DNA from: an uncultured archaeon
Lineage (GTDB): Archaea; Altiarchaeota; Altiarchaeia; JAFGQM01
DNA length: 64,000 nt
Direction: 5' to 3'
NCBI GenBank assembly: GCA_964619365.1
Contig: CAZUDQ010000004.1
Location: 13,185-77,184, forward strand
The position numbers were made by a program, and so were the translations under genes. This document shows positions 9,600-18,099 of this stretch, in pieces (position 1 is the first letter of the stretch; each line of letters opens with the position of its first letter). The notes beneath the pieces were generated by a model that did no database searches, had not been told where the DNA came from, and was given only the letters and a program-made list of their open reading frames with translations.

Positions 9600-10346
9600 A
9601 TGCAACTAATCGACACCCACGCACATCTGGATATGGCGGCTTTTGATGGAATCCGCAAAGACGTACTCAAACGAGCAGAAGACGCAGGGGTAAGCGTTGT
9701 TAATTGCTCACTTAGGGCGAGTGAGTGGGAAAAAGTCCATCCCTTGGCAAAGGATTTTGATAATCTGCACTTCACAATAGGTTCTTGTCCATATCGCCCT
9801 GAGTTTTATAACGAGCAAAAAAAACTCATGGAAAAGCACGCAAAGGATATTGTCGGGATAGGTGAAATAGGGCTTGATTACTATTGGGAAAAAACGACAG
9901 AGGGCCGAAATTCCCAGGAAAAAGATTTTAGGGGACTTTTAGAATTGGCCAGCGAACTAAAAAAGCCGGTTCTCATACATTCAAGGAACGCTGAAAAACA
10001 GAGCCTTGCGATTCTTGAGGAAATGGGTGTAAAAAAAGCGATTATGCATTGTTACTCAGGGGACATAATGTATGCAAAAAAGGCAATAGAACTGGGTTAT
10101 TTGATATCAATTCCAACCAATATCGTAAGTTCAAAGCAAAAGCAAGGATTTGCAAAGGACTTGCCCTTAGAGTCAATTGTTCTGGAAACAGATGCACCTT
10201 ATTTGTCCCCCGACCCGAAAAACACAATAAACGAGCCAAAAAATGTACTAGGGTCTGCTAAGGAAATAGCTAAAATCAGGGGTATTGATGTTGAAGAAGT
10301 GGCAAGGCAGACAACAAAGAACGCAAAAGCTTTCTTTGGAATCTAA
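9600..10346 (+). CDS. tatD: TatD family nuclease
   Basis: IDTHAHL, IGEIGLDYY, IHSR, MHCYSG, LETDAPYL. Confidence 0.9.
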   Translation: MQLIDTHAHLDMAAFDGIRKDVLKRAEDAGVSVVNCSLRASEWEKVHPLAKDFDNLHFTIGSCPYRPEFYNEQKKLMEKHAKDIVGIGEIGLDYYWEKTTEGRNSQEKDFRGLLELASELKKPVLIHSRNAEKQSLAILEEMGVKKAIMHCYSGDIMYAKKAIELGYLISIPTNIVSSKQKQGFAKDLPLESIVLETDAPYLSPDPKNTINEPKNVLGSAKEIAKIRGIDVEEVARQTTKNAKAFFGI

Positions 10347-10640
10347 AAGTCTGAGGACATAAGGCCCCCACCCAAGTCGTATACTTCCTTAAAACCGAGA
10401 TTGTCCATAAACTCTAAAGTTCTTGCGCTTCTTGCCCCCCTTAGGCAGTAGACAAGATATTGGATATCCCGATTCAACTTATTTGATTCTTCCTTAAACA
10501 AGGGAGAATAGAAATCAAGAAGAATCGCCCCGGTGATATGATTTAGCCAAATTCCCACGGGGTTCGCAGATCAAGAATTACAAGGCCTTTTTAGTAGAAA
10601 TTAGTTCTTTTGCTTCAGAAGAGTTTAAGACATTAAACAT
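10343..10640 (-). pseudogene. Rhodanese-like gene broken by two 1-nt frameshifts
   Basis: Three frames join to give MFNVLNSSEAKELISTK / GLVILDLRTPWEF / NHITGAILLDF..YLVYCLRGARS..GFKEVYDLGGG; ATG overlaps the ndk stop (TAATG). Confidence 0.75.
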
Positions 10641-11095
10641 TATTCTTCATAGACCCATATGCCTGTGGGTTTATTATAGATGAGTACCTCTTCATCAGAA
10701 AAAAAGATTGAAATCTCGCGCGCGGCAGACTCCTTGGAATCCGAAGCATGCACGAGGTTCTTTCTGATAAAAAGAGCAAAATCCCCCCTGATAGAACCTT
10801 TTTCGGCTGAAATCGGATCTGTTGCGCCAACCATCATTCGTACTCCTTCAATTGCACGGTAACCATCGATTACCATGACAACAACAGGACCAGAAGTGAC
10901 ATATTTTAGGAGGGCATCATAGAATTCTTTGTCCTTATGGATGCCATAAAGCTTGGATGCTGTTTCAAGGTCTAGCTGGATGAGTTTCATCGCAGCAATA
11001 TTAAGTCCTTTTTTCTCAAAGCGCCCGATAATATCCCCCACAAGATCGCGGGCAACAGAATCCGGCTTCAACATTACAAAAGCCTTTTGAATCAT
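10640..11095 (-). CDS. ndk: Nucleoside diphosphate kinase
   Basis: FVMLKPD, GSIRGDFA, NLVHASDS. Confidence 0.97.
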   Translation of the reverse strand: MIQKAFVMLKPDSVARDLVGDIIGRFEKKGLNIAAMKLIQLDLETASKLYGIHKDKEFYDALLKYVTSGPVVVMVIDGYRAIEGVRMMVGATDPISAEKGSIRGDFALFIRKNLVHASDSKESAAREISIFFSDEEVLIYNKPTGIWVYEE

Positions 11096-11116
11096 AAGAA
11101 AATTGAATTCTAGTTC

Positions 11117-11374
11117 TTATTCTTCCTTCTTTTTGACGACTTCCTTCTTTGAGGCCGTTGCCTCAGTGTCCTTTAAGTGCTGAATACGGATGTTTTTCTC
11201 CTTTCTGTATTCAGTCGTCCACTTGACTTTTCGCGCGCGCCTCTTTAGACCAGCGTTCTTTTCGCATTTTGAAGAGCAATAAAGGGAAATAGCCCCTGAA
11301 GCTTCGACAACCATCTTGCCGGTTCCTGGGTCAATTTCCTTGCCGCAAAAAGTACAGATCTTTCTTGTTATCAT
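11117..11374 (-). CDS. rpl24e: 50S ribosomal protein L24e
   Basis: CTFCGKEIDPGTGKM..YCSSKCEKN..KWT; conserved operon position. Confidence 0.95.
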   Translation of the reverse strand: MITRKICTFCGKEIDPGTGKMVVEASGAISLYCSSKCEKNAGLKRRARKVKWTTEYRKEKNIRIQHLKDTEATASKKEVVKKKEE

Positions 11375-11376
11375 TC

Positions 11377-11748
11377 TTAGATAGCTCTTGCATCACGCTC
11401 AGTTTCTTTGAGCATAAGTATATCGTTCTCTTTTACAGGACCACGAACATTGCGTCTAAGGAGGTTACCTTTATCGCGTCCCTCAACTATCCTTGCAAGG
11501 ACCTGGTAACATTCACCATAAAGTCCAGCTTTTTTAAAGACTTTGACAATCTGTGCGGGTGTTGCTCCTGCAACACTTGCATTACTCGTAGATTTTTTGA
11601 CTTCCTCAGTGGCCTTTGCAGATTCTTTTACCTCAGGTTTAATTTCTTTTACCTTGGGTGTAGCTTCCTTTACTTTGGGTGCCACATCCTTTACTTTTGG
11701 TGCGACATCTTTTTTGGAAGTTTCTTCCACAATTTTCTCTTCTGTCAT
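11377..11748 (-). CDS. rps28e: 30S ribosomal protein S28e with a repetitive N-terminal extension
   Basis: PAQIVKV..GLYGEC.QV..RNVRGPVKENDILML.ETERDAR; N-terminal KDVAPKV-type repeats. Confidence 0.9.
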   Translation of the reverse strand: MTEEKIVEETSKKDVAPKVKDVAPKVKEATPKVKEIKPEVKESAKATEEVKKSTSNASVAGATPAQIVKVFKKAGLYGECYQVLARIVEGRDKGNLLRRNVRGPVKENDILMLKETERDARAI

Positions 11749-11803
11749 TTTTACTAAATTTAACTATTTTACTAAGCTCTTTTTCCAAAAAGGTAAAACC
11801 TTT

Positions 11804-12169
11804 CTAAGCTTGGAGCTTTGCCACTTCTGCTACTATTGTCTCAATGTTCTTTTTCGCTTTGCCTTCATCAAGAACTGCAAGGGATGTCGTTCCAACCTTT
11901 AGTCCGGCAGACTTCCCAAGTTCGTCTTTTGTCTTGCAATATGCAAATGGAATCTTTTTCTCTGCGCAAAGTATCGGGATGTGAATCATGAGTTCCTGTG
12001 GGTCAACGTCTTCTGCCATTATGACAAATTTTGCGCGTCCGCGCTCAATTGCCTTTGTAACTTCGTTGACACCAACCTTTACTTTTCCTGATGCTTTTGC
12101 AATCTCTACTGCCTCAAGGGCATTGTCCACTAGTTCTTGTGGAGTTTCGAATTTGACGTATGTTGCCAT
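11804..12169 (-). CDS. rpl7ae: 50S ribosomal protein L7Ae
   Basis: YVKFETP, GVNEVTKAIERG, AEDVDP, ELGKSAGL; ATG 12169 preceded by TGAGG. Confidence 0.97.
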   Translation of the reverse strand: MATYVKFETPQELVDNALEAVEIAKASGKVKVGVNEVTKAIERGRAKFVIMAEDVDPQELMIHIPILCAEKKIPFAYCKTKDELGKSAGLKVGTTSLAVLDEGKAKKNIETIVAEVAKLQA

Positions 12170-12175
12170 TTTATT

Positions 12176-12251
12176 CCTCATTTGTTCATTTCAGGCAGTT
12201 AAGCCTGATTCCAAATTCATAGGCCGCATCAGACACTTGATATGTCAGCGG
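12176..12251 (-). promoter_or_regulatory. L7Ae mRNA leader with K-turns (autoregulatory element)
   Basis: Minus strand CCGC-UGA-CAU..GUG-UCU-GAU-GCGG and CC-UAU-GAA-UUUG..CAAA-UGA-GG fold as K-turns (3-nt bulge, tandem G.A pairs); the second includes the SD-like UGAGG. Confidence 0.75.
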
Positions 12252-12439
12252 AGTGCTTTAAGAATTTGTGCGAGTTTAGAAGCTGATGGTATAAAAGGCT
12301 TTAAGTTCCCACGGAGCTTATTTATTTTGGTTATTTATTCCTAAAAGAAAACACTATTTTGATATCTCGCGCGTCTCTTGACTGATTTATCGTCTTTTTA
12401 TTGGAGCTTACATTATATTAAACACCTAACGGAGTAAAA

Positions 12440-12625
12440 ATGAGTCATACACTTGTATTCGTAGCACAGCTCCTCATGGGTATCGTAAGCATACTACTTG
12501 GTGTCCTTGTACTTGTAATACCAGGAATGCTACAAGTACTTGTTGCAGCATACTTCTTTGCAATAGGACTACTTGCAATAGTAATGTCTTTTGGTACCCT
12601 CGCTGTAAAAAAGGCTGCTGCATAA
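12440..12625 (+). CDS. Small two-TM membrane protein (DUF3096-like)
   Basis: 61 aa, hydrophobic, GVLVLVIP..L..LVAAYF..IGLL; upstream GGAG. Confidence 0.6.
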   Translation: MSHTLVFVAQLLMGIVSILLGVLVLVIPGMLQVLVAAYFFAIGLLAIVMSFGTLAVKKAAA

Positions 12626-12717
12626 GTCCAAAATATCTGGATGTAAAAGCCTTACCCTTTCTTTTTTTATTTTAATATTCTCAGGAGTCCTTATGATAAT
12701 TCCTGCGATATAACAAG

Positions 12718-14391
12718 CTATTCGTGGGCAAAATAGCAGACGACATTGCCGTCTTCAGCGCTTTTTACACGGCAAAAGCCAAAGCGCACAAACTGTATCA
12801 TATCGCCATGTTCTAAGTGTCGACAGTCTTTTTCACAGAAGCCTGCGACTTTTCCGTCAGGCCCAAGCACCTCACATCCAAGCGAGTCCTCGGGAAGCCA
12901 CTGGAGTATCGGGACTTTTGTGTTTTTCTCTTCAAGGTAGCGTGCCATAAGCGGACGCACTTCATCTATTTGAATGTTACAGAAGTTCTTTAGACGCAAG
13001 ACATCCCCCTTTTTAAGGTTTTTGGTATCGTCTTTTGCCACTAGTAACCTGGTCATGCCTTCAGAATCACGTTTGATTTCAATATCACGGAAGCCCCGCT
13101 GCGGGTAGTTTGGATGAAGCGGTATTTTTATGACATCAGCATCCGAGGGCACACCCTTTATCCAAACCTCAACAGGCTTAGGCACAAAGAAATAGCGGTT
13201 TGCCCTATCCTCGATTAATTTTCTGTTTTCAGCATAGAGATTCTGCCACTCAAATTTTGAGTCGGTGTCCCCAATACCGATTGCCTTCATGACACTCCGT
13301 ATTGCTTCAGGTTCAATTCCCCTTCTTTTAAGCGCTCTAAGCGTTCCGAGATGAGGGTCCGCCCAGCTGGAGTATTCACCGCTGTCAATACCCTTTTTCA
13401 TGGCAGAAGTCGAAAGATTGACTCCTTCAATTGAAAGAAGTCCATTGTGTATGAATTCAGGAGGCTTCCAAGCAAAATAATCATAGATGTAAAGTTGTCT
13501 TTGGGTGTTTATTATGTGGTCCTTTCCACGCAGGACATGAGTCAGCCCTGAGAGATAATCATCAATTGCAACAGAAAAACTCATTAAAGGGTAAACGTCC
13601 CAGTCGCTTCCTGTTAATGGGTGCCTGTCTGTTGAGACCCTCATTATTGGAAAATCACGCATAGCCGGGTTCTTGTGCGCCATATCAGTTTTAAGATTAA
13701 GGACAAGGTTTGTGTCTCCCTCAATCATTTTATTCCAGCGCGAAATGTTCTCTTCAATACTATTGCCCCTACACGGACAGTTCTTTTTTGCGTCCTTAAA
13801 AGCTCTGAACTTTTCTTGCCCGCAGGAACAGGAATAAGCATGACCTTCCTTTATCAATCTAAGGGCGAAGTCGCGGTAGACAGCAAGCCTCCTGCTTTGA
13901 GTGATGATTTCATCAATCTCAACGCCAAGCCATTTTAAATCCTCCTCAATCATACGATATGCGTCCTTTTCAACGCGCTTTGGGTCGGTATCCTCAATTC
14001 TTAAAATAAGCTTTCCACCATACTTTTTCTTGTATTCATCATTAAGGACTGCGGTTCTTGCGTGGCCTATGTGAAGCGGTCCTGATGGATTTGGGGCAAA
14101 GCGCAAGACTACTTCACCGTTTACATTAGGGAGCTCCGTAATCCTACCTCTTTTCTTTTCTTTTTCTTCCGGCGTTCCGTAATGAGCGAGTTCTTTTTCG
14201 ACTTCCTCTTTTGATAATGAATTTACTTCGGCAATCACGTCCTTAACAGCCTTTATAGCCTTACTTGTATCCTTCCTATACTCTGGAAACTCCCCCAAAA
14301 GTTTTCCAAGGACGTTTTTTTCTTGCGCCGAGCCGTAGCTTGCCGCATTCTCGACTGCGTATTTTTTTGCTATCTTGTAGAGGTCGTCCAT
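12718..14391 (-). CDS. gltX: Glutamate--tRNA ligase
   Basis: RFAPNPSGPLHIGH, LRIEDTDP, THVLRGKDH, LSTS, QFVRFGF. Confidence 0.97.
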   Translation of the reverse strand: MDDLYKIAKKYAVENAASYGSAQEKNVLGKLLGEFPEYRKDTSKAIKAVKDVIAEVNSLSKEEVEKELAHYGTPEEKEKKRGRITELPNVNGEVVLRFAPNPSGPLHIGHARTAVLNDEYKKKYGGKLILRIEDTDPKRVEKDAYRMIEEDLKWLGVEIDEIITQSRRLAVYRDFALRLIKEGHAYSCSCGQEKFRAFKDAKKNCPCRGNSIEENISRWNKMIEGDTNLVLNLKTDMAHKNPAMRDFPIMRVSTDRHPLTGSDWDVYPLMSFSVAIDDYLSGLTHVLRGKDHIINTQRQLYIYDYFAWKPPEFIHNGLLSIEGVNLSTSAMKKGIDSGEYSSWADPHLGTLRALKRRGIEPEAIRSVMKAIGIGDTDSKFEWQNLYAENRKLIEDRANRYFFVPKPVEVWIKGVPSDADVIKIPLHPNYPQRGFRDIEIKRDSEGMTRLLVAKDDTKNLKKGDVLRLKNFCNIQIDEVRPLMARYLEEKNTKVPILQWLPEDSLGCEVLGPDGKVAGFCEKDCRHLEHGDMIQFVRFGFCRVKSAEDGNVVCYFAHE

Positions 14392-14392
14392 T

Positions 14393-17305
14393 TTATTTTG
14401 AGTAAGATATGAAAATCTGTGCTCCTTCTATTTCAGTTTTGCTCTTTAAATCCTTTGGGTCGATTTTATCAAGTTCTATTGCACTCGCGCCTGTTGCCTG
14501 TGCTATCTCAGTTTCTCTTTTCTTTATTAGTTTAAGCAGTTTCTCATCTCCGTCAAACCTAAGAACGATTTTTTCTGAAACATCAAGCCCCTCCTTTTTG
14601 CGCATGACTTGTATCTGCCTTAACAAGTCGCGGAGCATACCCTCTTGTATCGCCTCAGGACTCCTGATTTTTGATATCATGATGCGCCCGCTTGAGAACT
14701 CCTTTATCACCGGGGCGTTTGGTTCCTTGTTTGAGAATGCGACCTCATTTACATTTGCCATATTTTCAATTACTTCCCTTACCGTCTCTAGCTTCTCTTT
14801 CGTGTCAACTGTAAGTGCATCAAGCGGCCAGCGCAGTTTGATTCCAGCTTCATCGCGCGCGGCATTACTTGCCTCGACGATTTCTTTTGCAAATTGCATC
14901 TCGCGCTCAAGTGAAGCATCAATCTCAAAGTTGATTTCCGGCCAGCCTGATAAGAAAACAGAGTCGCCCCCCTCTAAGTCGCGGTGTATGTATTCAGCAA
15001 TAAACGGCGCAAAAGGTGCAATCATGCGCGCAGTCTTTGCTATAGCATACCACAATGTCGCAATTGCTGCGTCTTTGTCTTCTCCAGTGGCTGAGACCCA
15101 GGTCCTGTCCCTTATTATCTTGATATACCAGCGGGACAAGTCGTTTAATATGAAGTCTTCAATAGCTTTTGAGGCGCCGAATGGAAGGCAGGCATCAAAC
15201 CCATCTTTTACCAATTTCTCAACAGAAGCCAGTCTTGATAAAATCCACTTGTCCTCTGGTTTAAGGAAGTCCCGTAATCCTTCTATATCGACTACGCCCG
15301 CTTCAGAATAAGTCTTTGCAAATTGGTAGCAGTTCCAAAGGGTGTTCATAAGCCGGAAAGTTATCTTGACATCGTCTGCGTTGAATTTTAATTTTTCCCA
15401 AACTTCTGATTCTGAAACAAGGTAGAATCTTGTGATATCCGCGCCATACTTTTCCATGACCTCGTAAGGCGAAGTGACGTTGTTTAAGGACTTACTCATC
15501 TTGTCCCCTTTCTTATCAAGCACCCATTCGTTCATGAGGATTGTCTTAAACGGAGTTTTCCCAAACATGATTATGCCTTCAAGCATAAGGGTGTAAAACC
15601 ATCCCCTAGTTTGGTCAAGACCTTCTGTTATAAAGTCCATTGGGAAGAACTTGGTAAAAGGTTCTTTTTCCTTAGGATAATTCATCCCGGCCCAAGTTGC
15701 AGCACCAGATTCAAACCAGATATCTGTTATATCAGGTACCCGAGTCATTTCTTTTTGGCAATCAGGACAGCTAAGTTTTATCTTATTGGTATAAGGAACA
15801 TGTAAATCTGGCTCACCCTCAGGCATCTCTATTGCCTTTTCCTTTAACTCTTCAAAGGAACCGATTACTTCACGCGCGCCGCAGGAACATTCCCAAATTG
15901 GGAGAGGTATCCCCCAAAACCTCTGGCGGGATATGCACCAGTCGCGTGCTTCTTTTATCCAATTGGAAAAGCGCTTTTCACCTGCCCAGTCCGGATTCCA
16001 TGTAACTTTCTTGTTCTCAGAAATCATCAAATCTTTGACTTTTCCGACATTGATGAACCACTGGGGCGAGGCTCGTGTAATAATTGGGGTCTTGCAGCGC
16101 CAGCAATGCGCGCAGCGGTGCGTTATCTTTTGCTTTCCGGCAATGGCACCGCGATTTTCTAATTCTTCGATTACAATAGGATTTGCTTTCTTGACATAAA
16201 CGCCCTCAAGCTTCCCGCCTTCCTTTGTGTAACATCCGTTCTCTCCAACTGGCGAAAATGGCGGAAGACCGTATTTCATACCAACAGAATAATCGTCAAG
16301 CCCGTGGCCGGGTGCCGTGTGTACACAACCCGTCCCGTCTTCAAGAGTTACAAAATCCCCCAGAAGGATACTGTGTGTGGCAGGAGCCTCTTTTTCAATC
16401 TCCTTATTTTCAGGAATCCAGTCAGGAAGTATAAACTCGTATCCTACCCCCTCAAGCTCTTTTCCTTGCTTTATACTGTCTTCAAGAATCTCATAATCCC
16501 CATCTTCTATCTCACAAGCTTCCATTACCTGCGGGACTAACTCCTTTGCCATAAGCCACTTTTCATCGCGCGGAACTGAGACCAGACAATATTCATATTT
16601 TGGATTAAGTGTAACACCAAGGTTTGAAGGAAGCGTCCAAGGTGTTGTTGTCCAGATTAGGACAAATTCACCAGGCCTCTCCTTAAGCGGGAACTTGACA
16701 TAAACAGAGTCATCAGTCACGTCACGGTATTCGTCTGTTGCCTCGTAGCCGGCAAGCGCCGTCTGGCAGCGCGGACACCAGGCTGTTGATGCCTTGCCCT
16801 TGTAAAGAAGACCATCCTCCTCACATTTCTTGAAAAACGCCCAGGACGAACTTATATAACTGTTATCAAGAGTCTTATAAGGATGCTCAAAATCCCAGTG
16901 CATGCCAAAACGTTTGTAGAACTCAGTAAATACGTCAACTGTTTCAAGTGCGCGGGTACGGCAGATGTCAATAAATTTTTCTGCGCCATAATCCCAGATA
17001 TCTTCTTTTCGCTTAAGACCAAGCTCCTCTTCTACCTTGATTTCAATTGGAAGTCCATGGCAGTCATAACCCGGCTGAAGATTTACGTCTTTTCCTAGCA
17101 TCACCTGATACTTTAAAATCGGGTCGCGAATAGCGCGCGTCCTTGCGTGGCCCATATGGGGGTTCCCATTCATATATGGAGGTCCGTCTAAGAAGAAGAA
17201 CTTCTCACCTGCTTCATTTGCTTTTTTTATCTTCTCAAAAAGCCCTAATTTATCCCAGTACTCCGAAATCTCCTTTTCGATTTCAAGGGGTCTAAACGGT
17301 TCCAC
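14393..17305 (-). CDS. ileS: Isoleucine--tRNA ligase
   Basis: DGPPY.NG.PHMGH, WTTTPWTLP, GTGCVHTAPGHG, DWCISRQRFWG, EGLDQTRGWF, KMSKS. Confidence 0.97.
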   Translation of the reverse strand: MEPFRPLEIEKEISEYWDKLGLFEKIKKANEAGEKFFFLDGPPYMNGNPHMGHARTRAIRDPILKYQVMLGKDVNLQPGYDCHGLPIEIKVEEELGLKRKEDIWDYGAEKFIDICRTRALETVDVFTEFYKRFGMHWDFEHPYKTLDNSYISSSWAFFKKCEEDGLLYKGKASTAWCPRCQTALAGYEATDEYRDVTDDSVYVKFPLKERPGEFVLIWTTTPWTLPSNLGVTLNPKYEYCLVSVPRDEKWLMAKELVPQVMEACEIEDGDYEILEDSIKQGKELEGVGYEFILPDWIPENKEIEKEAPATHSILLGDFVTLEDGTGCVHTAPGHGLDDYSVGMKYGLPPFSPVGENGCYTKEGGKLEGVYVKKANPIVIEELENRGAIAGKQKITHRCAHCWRCKTPIITRASPQWFINVGKVKDLMISENKKVTWNPDWAGEKRFSNWIKEARDWCISRQRFWGIPLPIWECSCGAREVIGSFEELKEKAIEMPEGEPDLHVPYTNKIKLSCPDCQKEMTRVPDITDIWFESGAATWAGMNYPKEKEPFTKFFPMDFITEGLDQTRGWFYTLMLEGIIMFGKTPFKTILMNEWVLDKKGDKMSKSLNNVTSPYEVMEKYGADITRFYLVSESEVWEKLKFNADDVKITFRLMNTLWNCYQFAKTYSEAGVVDIEGLRDFLKPEDKWILSRLASVEKLVKDGFDACLPFGASKAIEDFILNDLSRWYIKIIRDRTWVSATGEDKDAAIATLWYAIAKTARMIAPFAPFIAEYIHRDLEGGDSVFLSGWPEINFEIDASLEREMQFAKEIVEASNAARDEAGIKLRWPLDALTVDTKEKLETVREVIENMANVNEVAFSNKEPNAPVIKEFSSGRIMISKIRSPEAIQEGMLRDLLRQIQVMRKKEGLDVSEKIVLRFDGDEKLLKLIKKRETEIAQATGASAIELDKIDPKDLKSKTEIEGAQIFISYSK

Positions 17306-17436
17306 GATTCGTTCCTTAGATATTCTTTAGATAATAGAGAATCTTAAGGGTTATTTTTGGCGATTATTGGATAAAAGTTAAAATAGCAAGGTAGGGGTGC
17401 TCTTATCTAGTGCAATAGCTACCCCCTTTTAAAAAT

Positions 17437-17642
17437 AAGATGGGCCTAATGGGATGTTAAGGTGGATGCAACGCTATGGCATATGACCTTAACAGAGATT
17501 AGGACCATCGGGCATAAGCTAAGAAAAAAGAAGATGAGCCTAATGGGACCTTGAGGTGGATGCATTGCCAATACCCATGACCTTAACAGATATTAGGGCC
17601 ATTGCTACTAAGGGTGTAAAAAATAAGATGGGCCTAATGGGA
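17437..17642 (-). repeat. tRNA-linked tandem repeat: two 94-bp hairpin units plus the tRNA 3' end
   Basis: AAGATG(G/A)GCCTAATGGGA starts at 17437, 17531 and 17625 (period exactly 94); units 1 and 2 also share AGGTGGATGCA and ATGACCTTAACAGA.ATTAGG.CCAT and are self-complementary. Confidence 0.85.
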
Positions 17643-17773
17643 TTTGAACCCATGACATCTGGCTAGCTCAGAGCTTTCGACTCCATTCTTGGGAATCTCA
17701 AAACAGACGCGTGGATTTACCACACGCATGCTCGTATAAGACCAGCGCTCTAACCAAGCTGAGCTATAGGCCC
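17629..17773 (-). tRNA. tRNA-Ile(TAT) with a 70-nt intron (17665-17734) at position 37/38
   Basis: Acceptor GGGCCTA/TAGGCCC+A, D-arm GCTC/GAGC, anticodon arm CTGGT-CT-TAT-A|A-GCCAG, T-arm ATGGG-TTCAAAT-CCCAT; strict bulge-helix-bulge (CUUA/UGAG central helix, GAGC/GCUC flanking helix). Confidence 0.92.
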
Positions 17774-17793
17774 ACAAAAATGCCTAATATCAA

Positions 17794-17926
17794 AAAGTAA
17801 GATTTTCTTATTTTCCAACGTTTGCTTATCTTGGGTTGCATAGCAACCCGACCATACTCCTCCGGTATCTCGGAGAAAGTAAGATTTTCTTACTTTTTGT
17901 TTTGCTCATCCCTCGGATATCCGAGG
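17794..17926. repeat. Cluster of palindromes in the divergent intergenic region
   Basis: AAAGTAAGATTTTCTTA(T/C)TTT at 17794 and 17876; GGGTTGC-ATA-GCAACCC at 17833; CTCCG-GTATCT-CGGAG at 17860; perfect CCTCGGATATCCGAGG at 17911. Confidence 0.75.
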
Positions 17927-18099
17927 CTTCTTATTTTGAGCCAAACTATTAAAAAACAAAACAAAATACCAACAAAGTACAAAAAACTCTCCAGGGCAGC
18001 TAAAAGTTACAGCTTTAGGCGACTCGTTTCACTCTTTCTTATAGGCTGTTTCATCACAAAGAATATAGAATCAGTTAAAAGAATTCAAATTTTAAGCAA

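Noticed and set aside
14409-15311. Long antisense ORFs (this one, 8047-8511, 47213-47761, 56826-57389 and similar)
   Set aside because: They lie opposite well-supported genes and have no recognisable motifs, so they are treated as shadow ORFs.
17437-17620. Additional tRNA genes or split-tRNA halves
   Set aside because: The units lack an intact T-loop (TTCRA) and a D-arm, fold as rods, and show no BHB-forming leader complementary to another half.
17431-17642. CRISPR or TIGR-type array
   Set aside because: There are only two full units, the inter-repeat sequences are homologous to each other, the repeat equals the tRNA 3' end, and no cas or Nop-domain gene lies in the window.
17665-17734. Box C/D guide RNA inside the tRNA intron
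   Set aside because: A CUGA is present but is part of the BHB helices, and there is no recognisable RUGAUGA box C.
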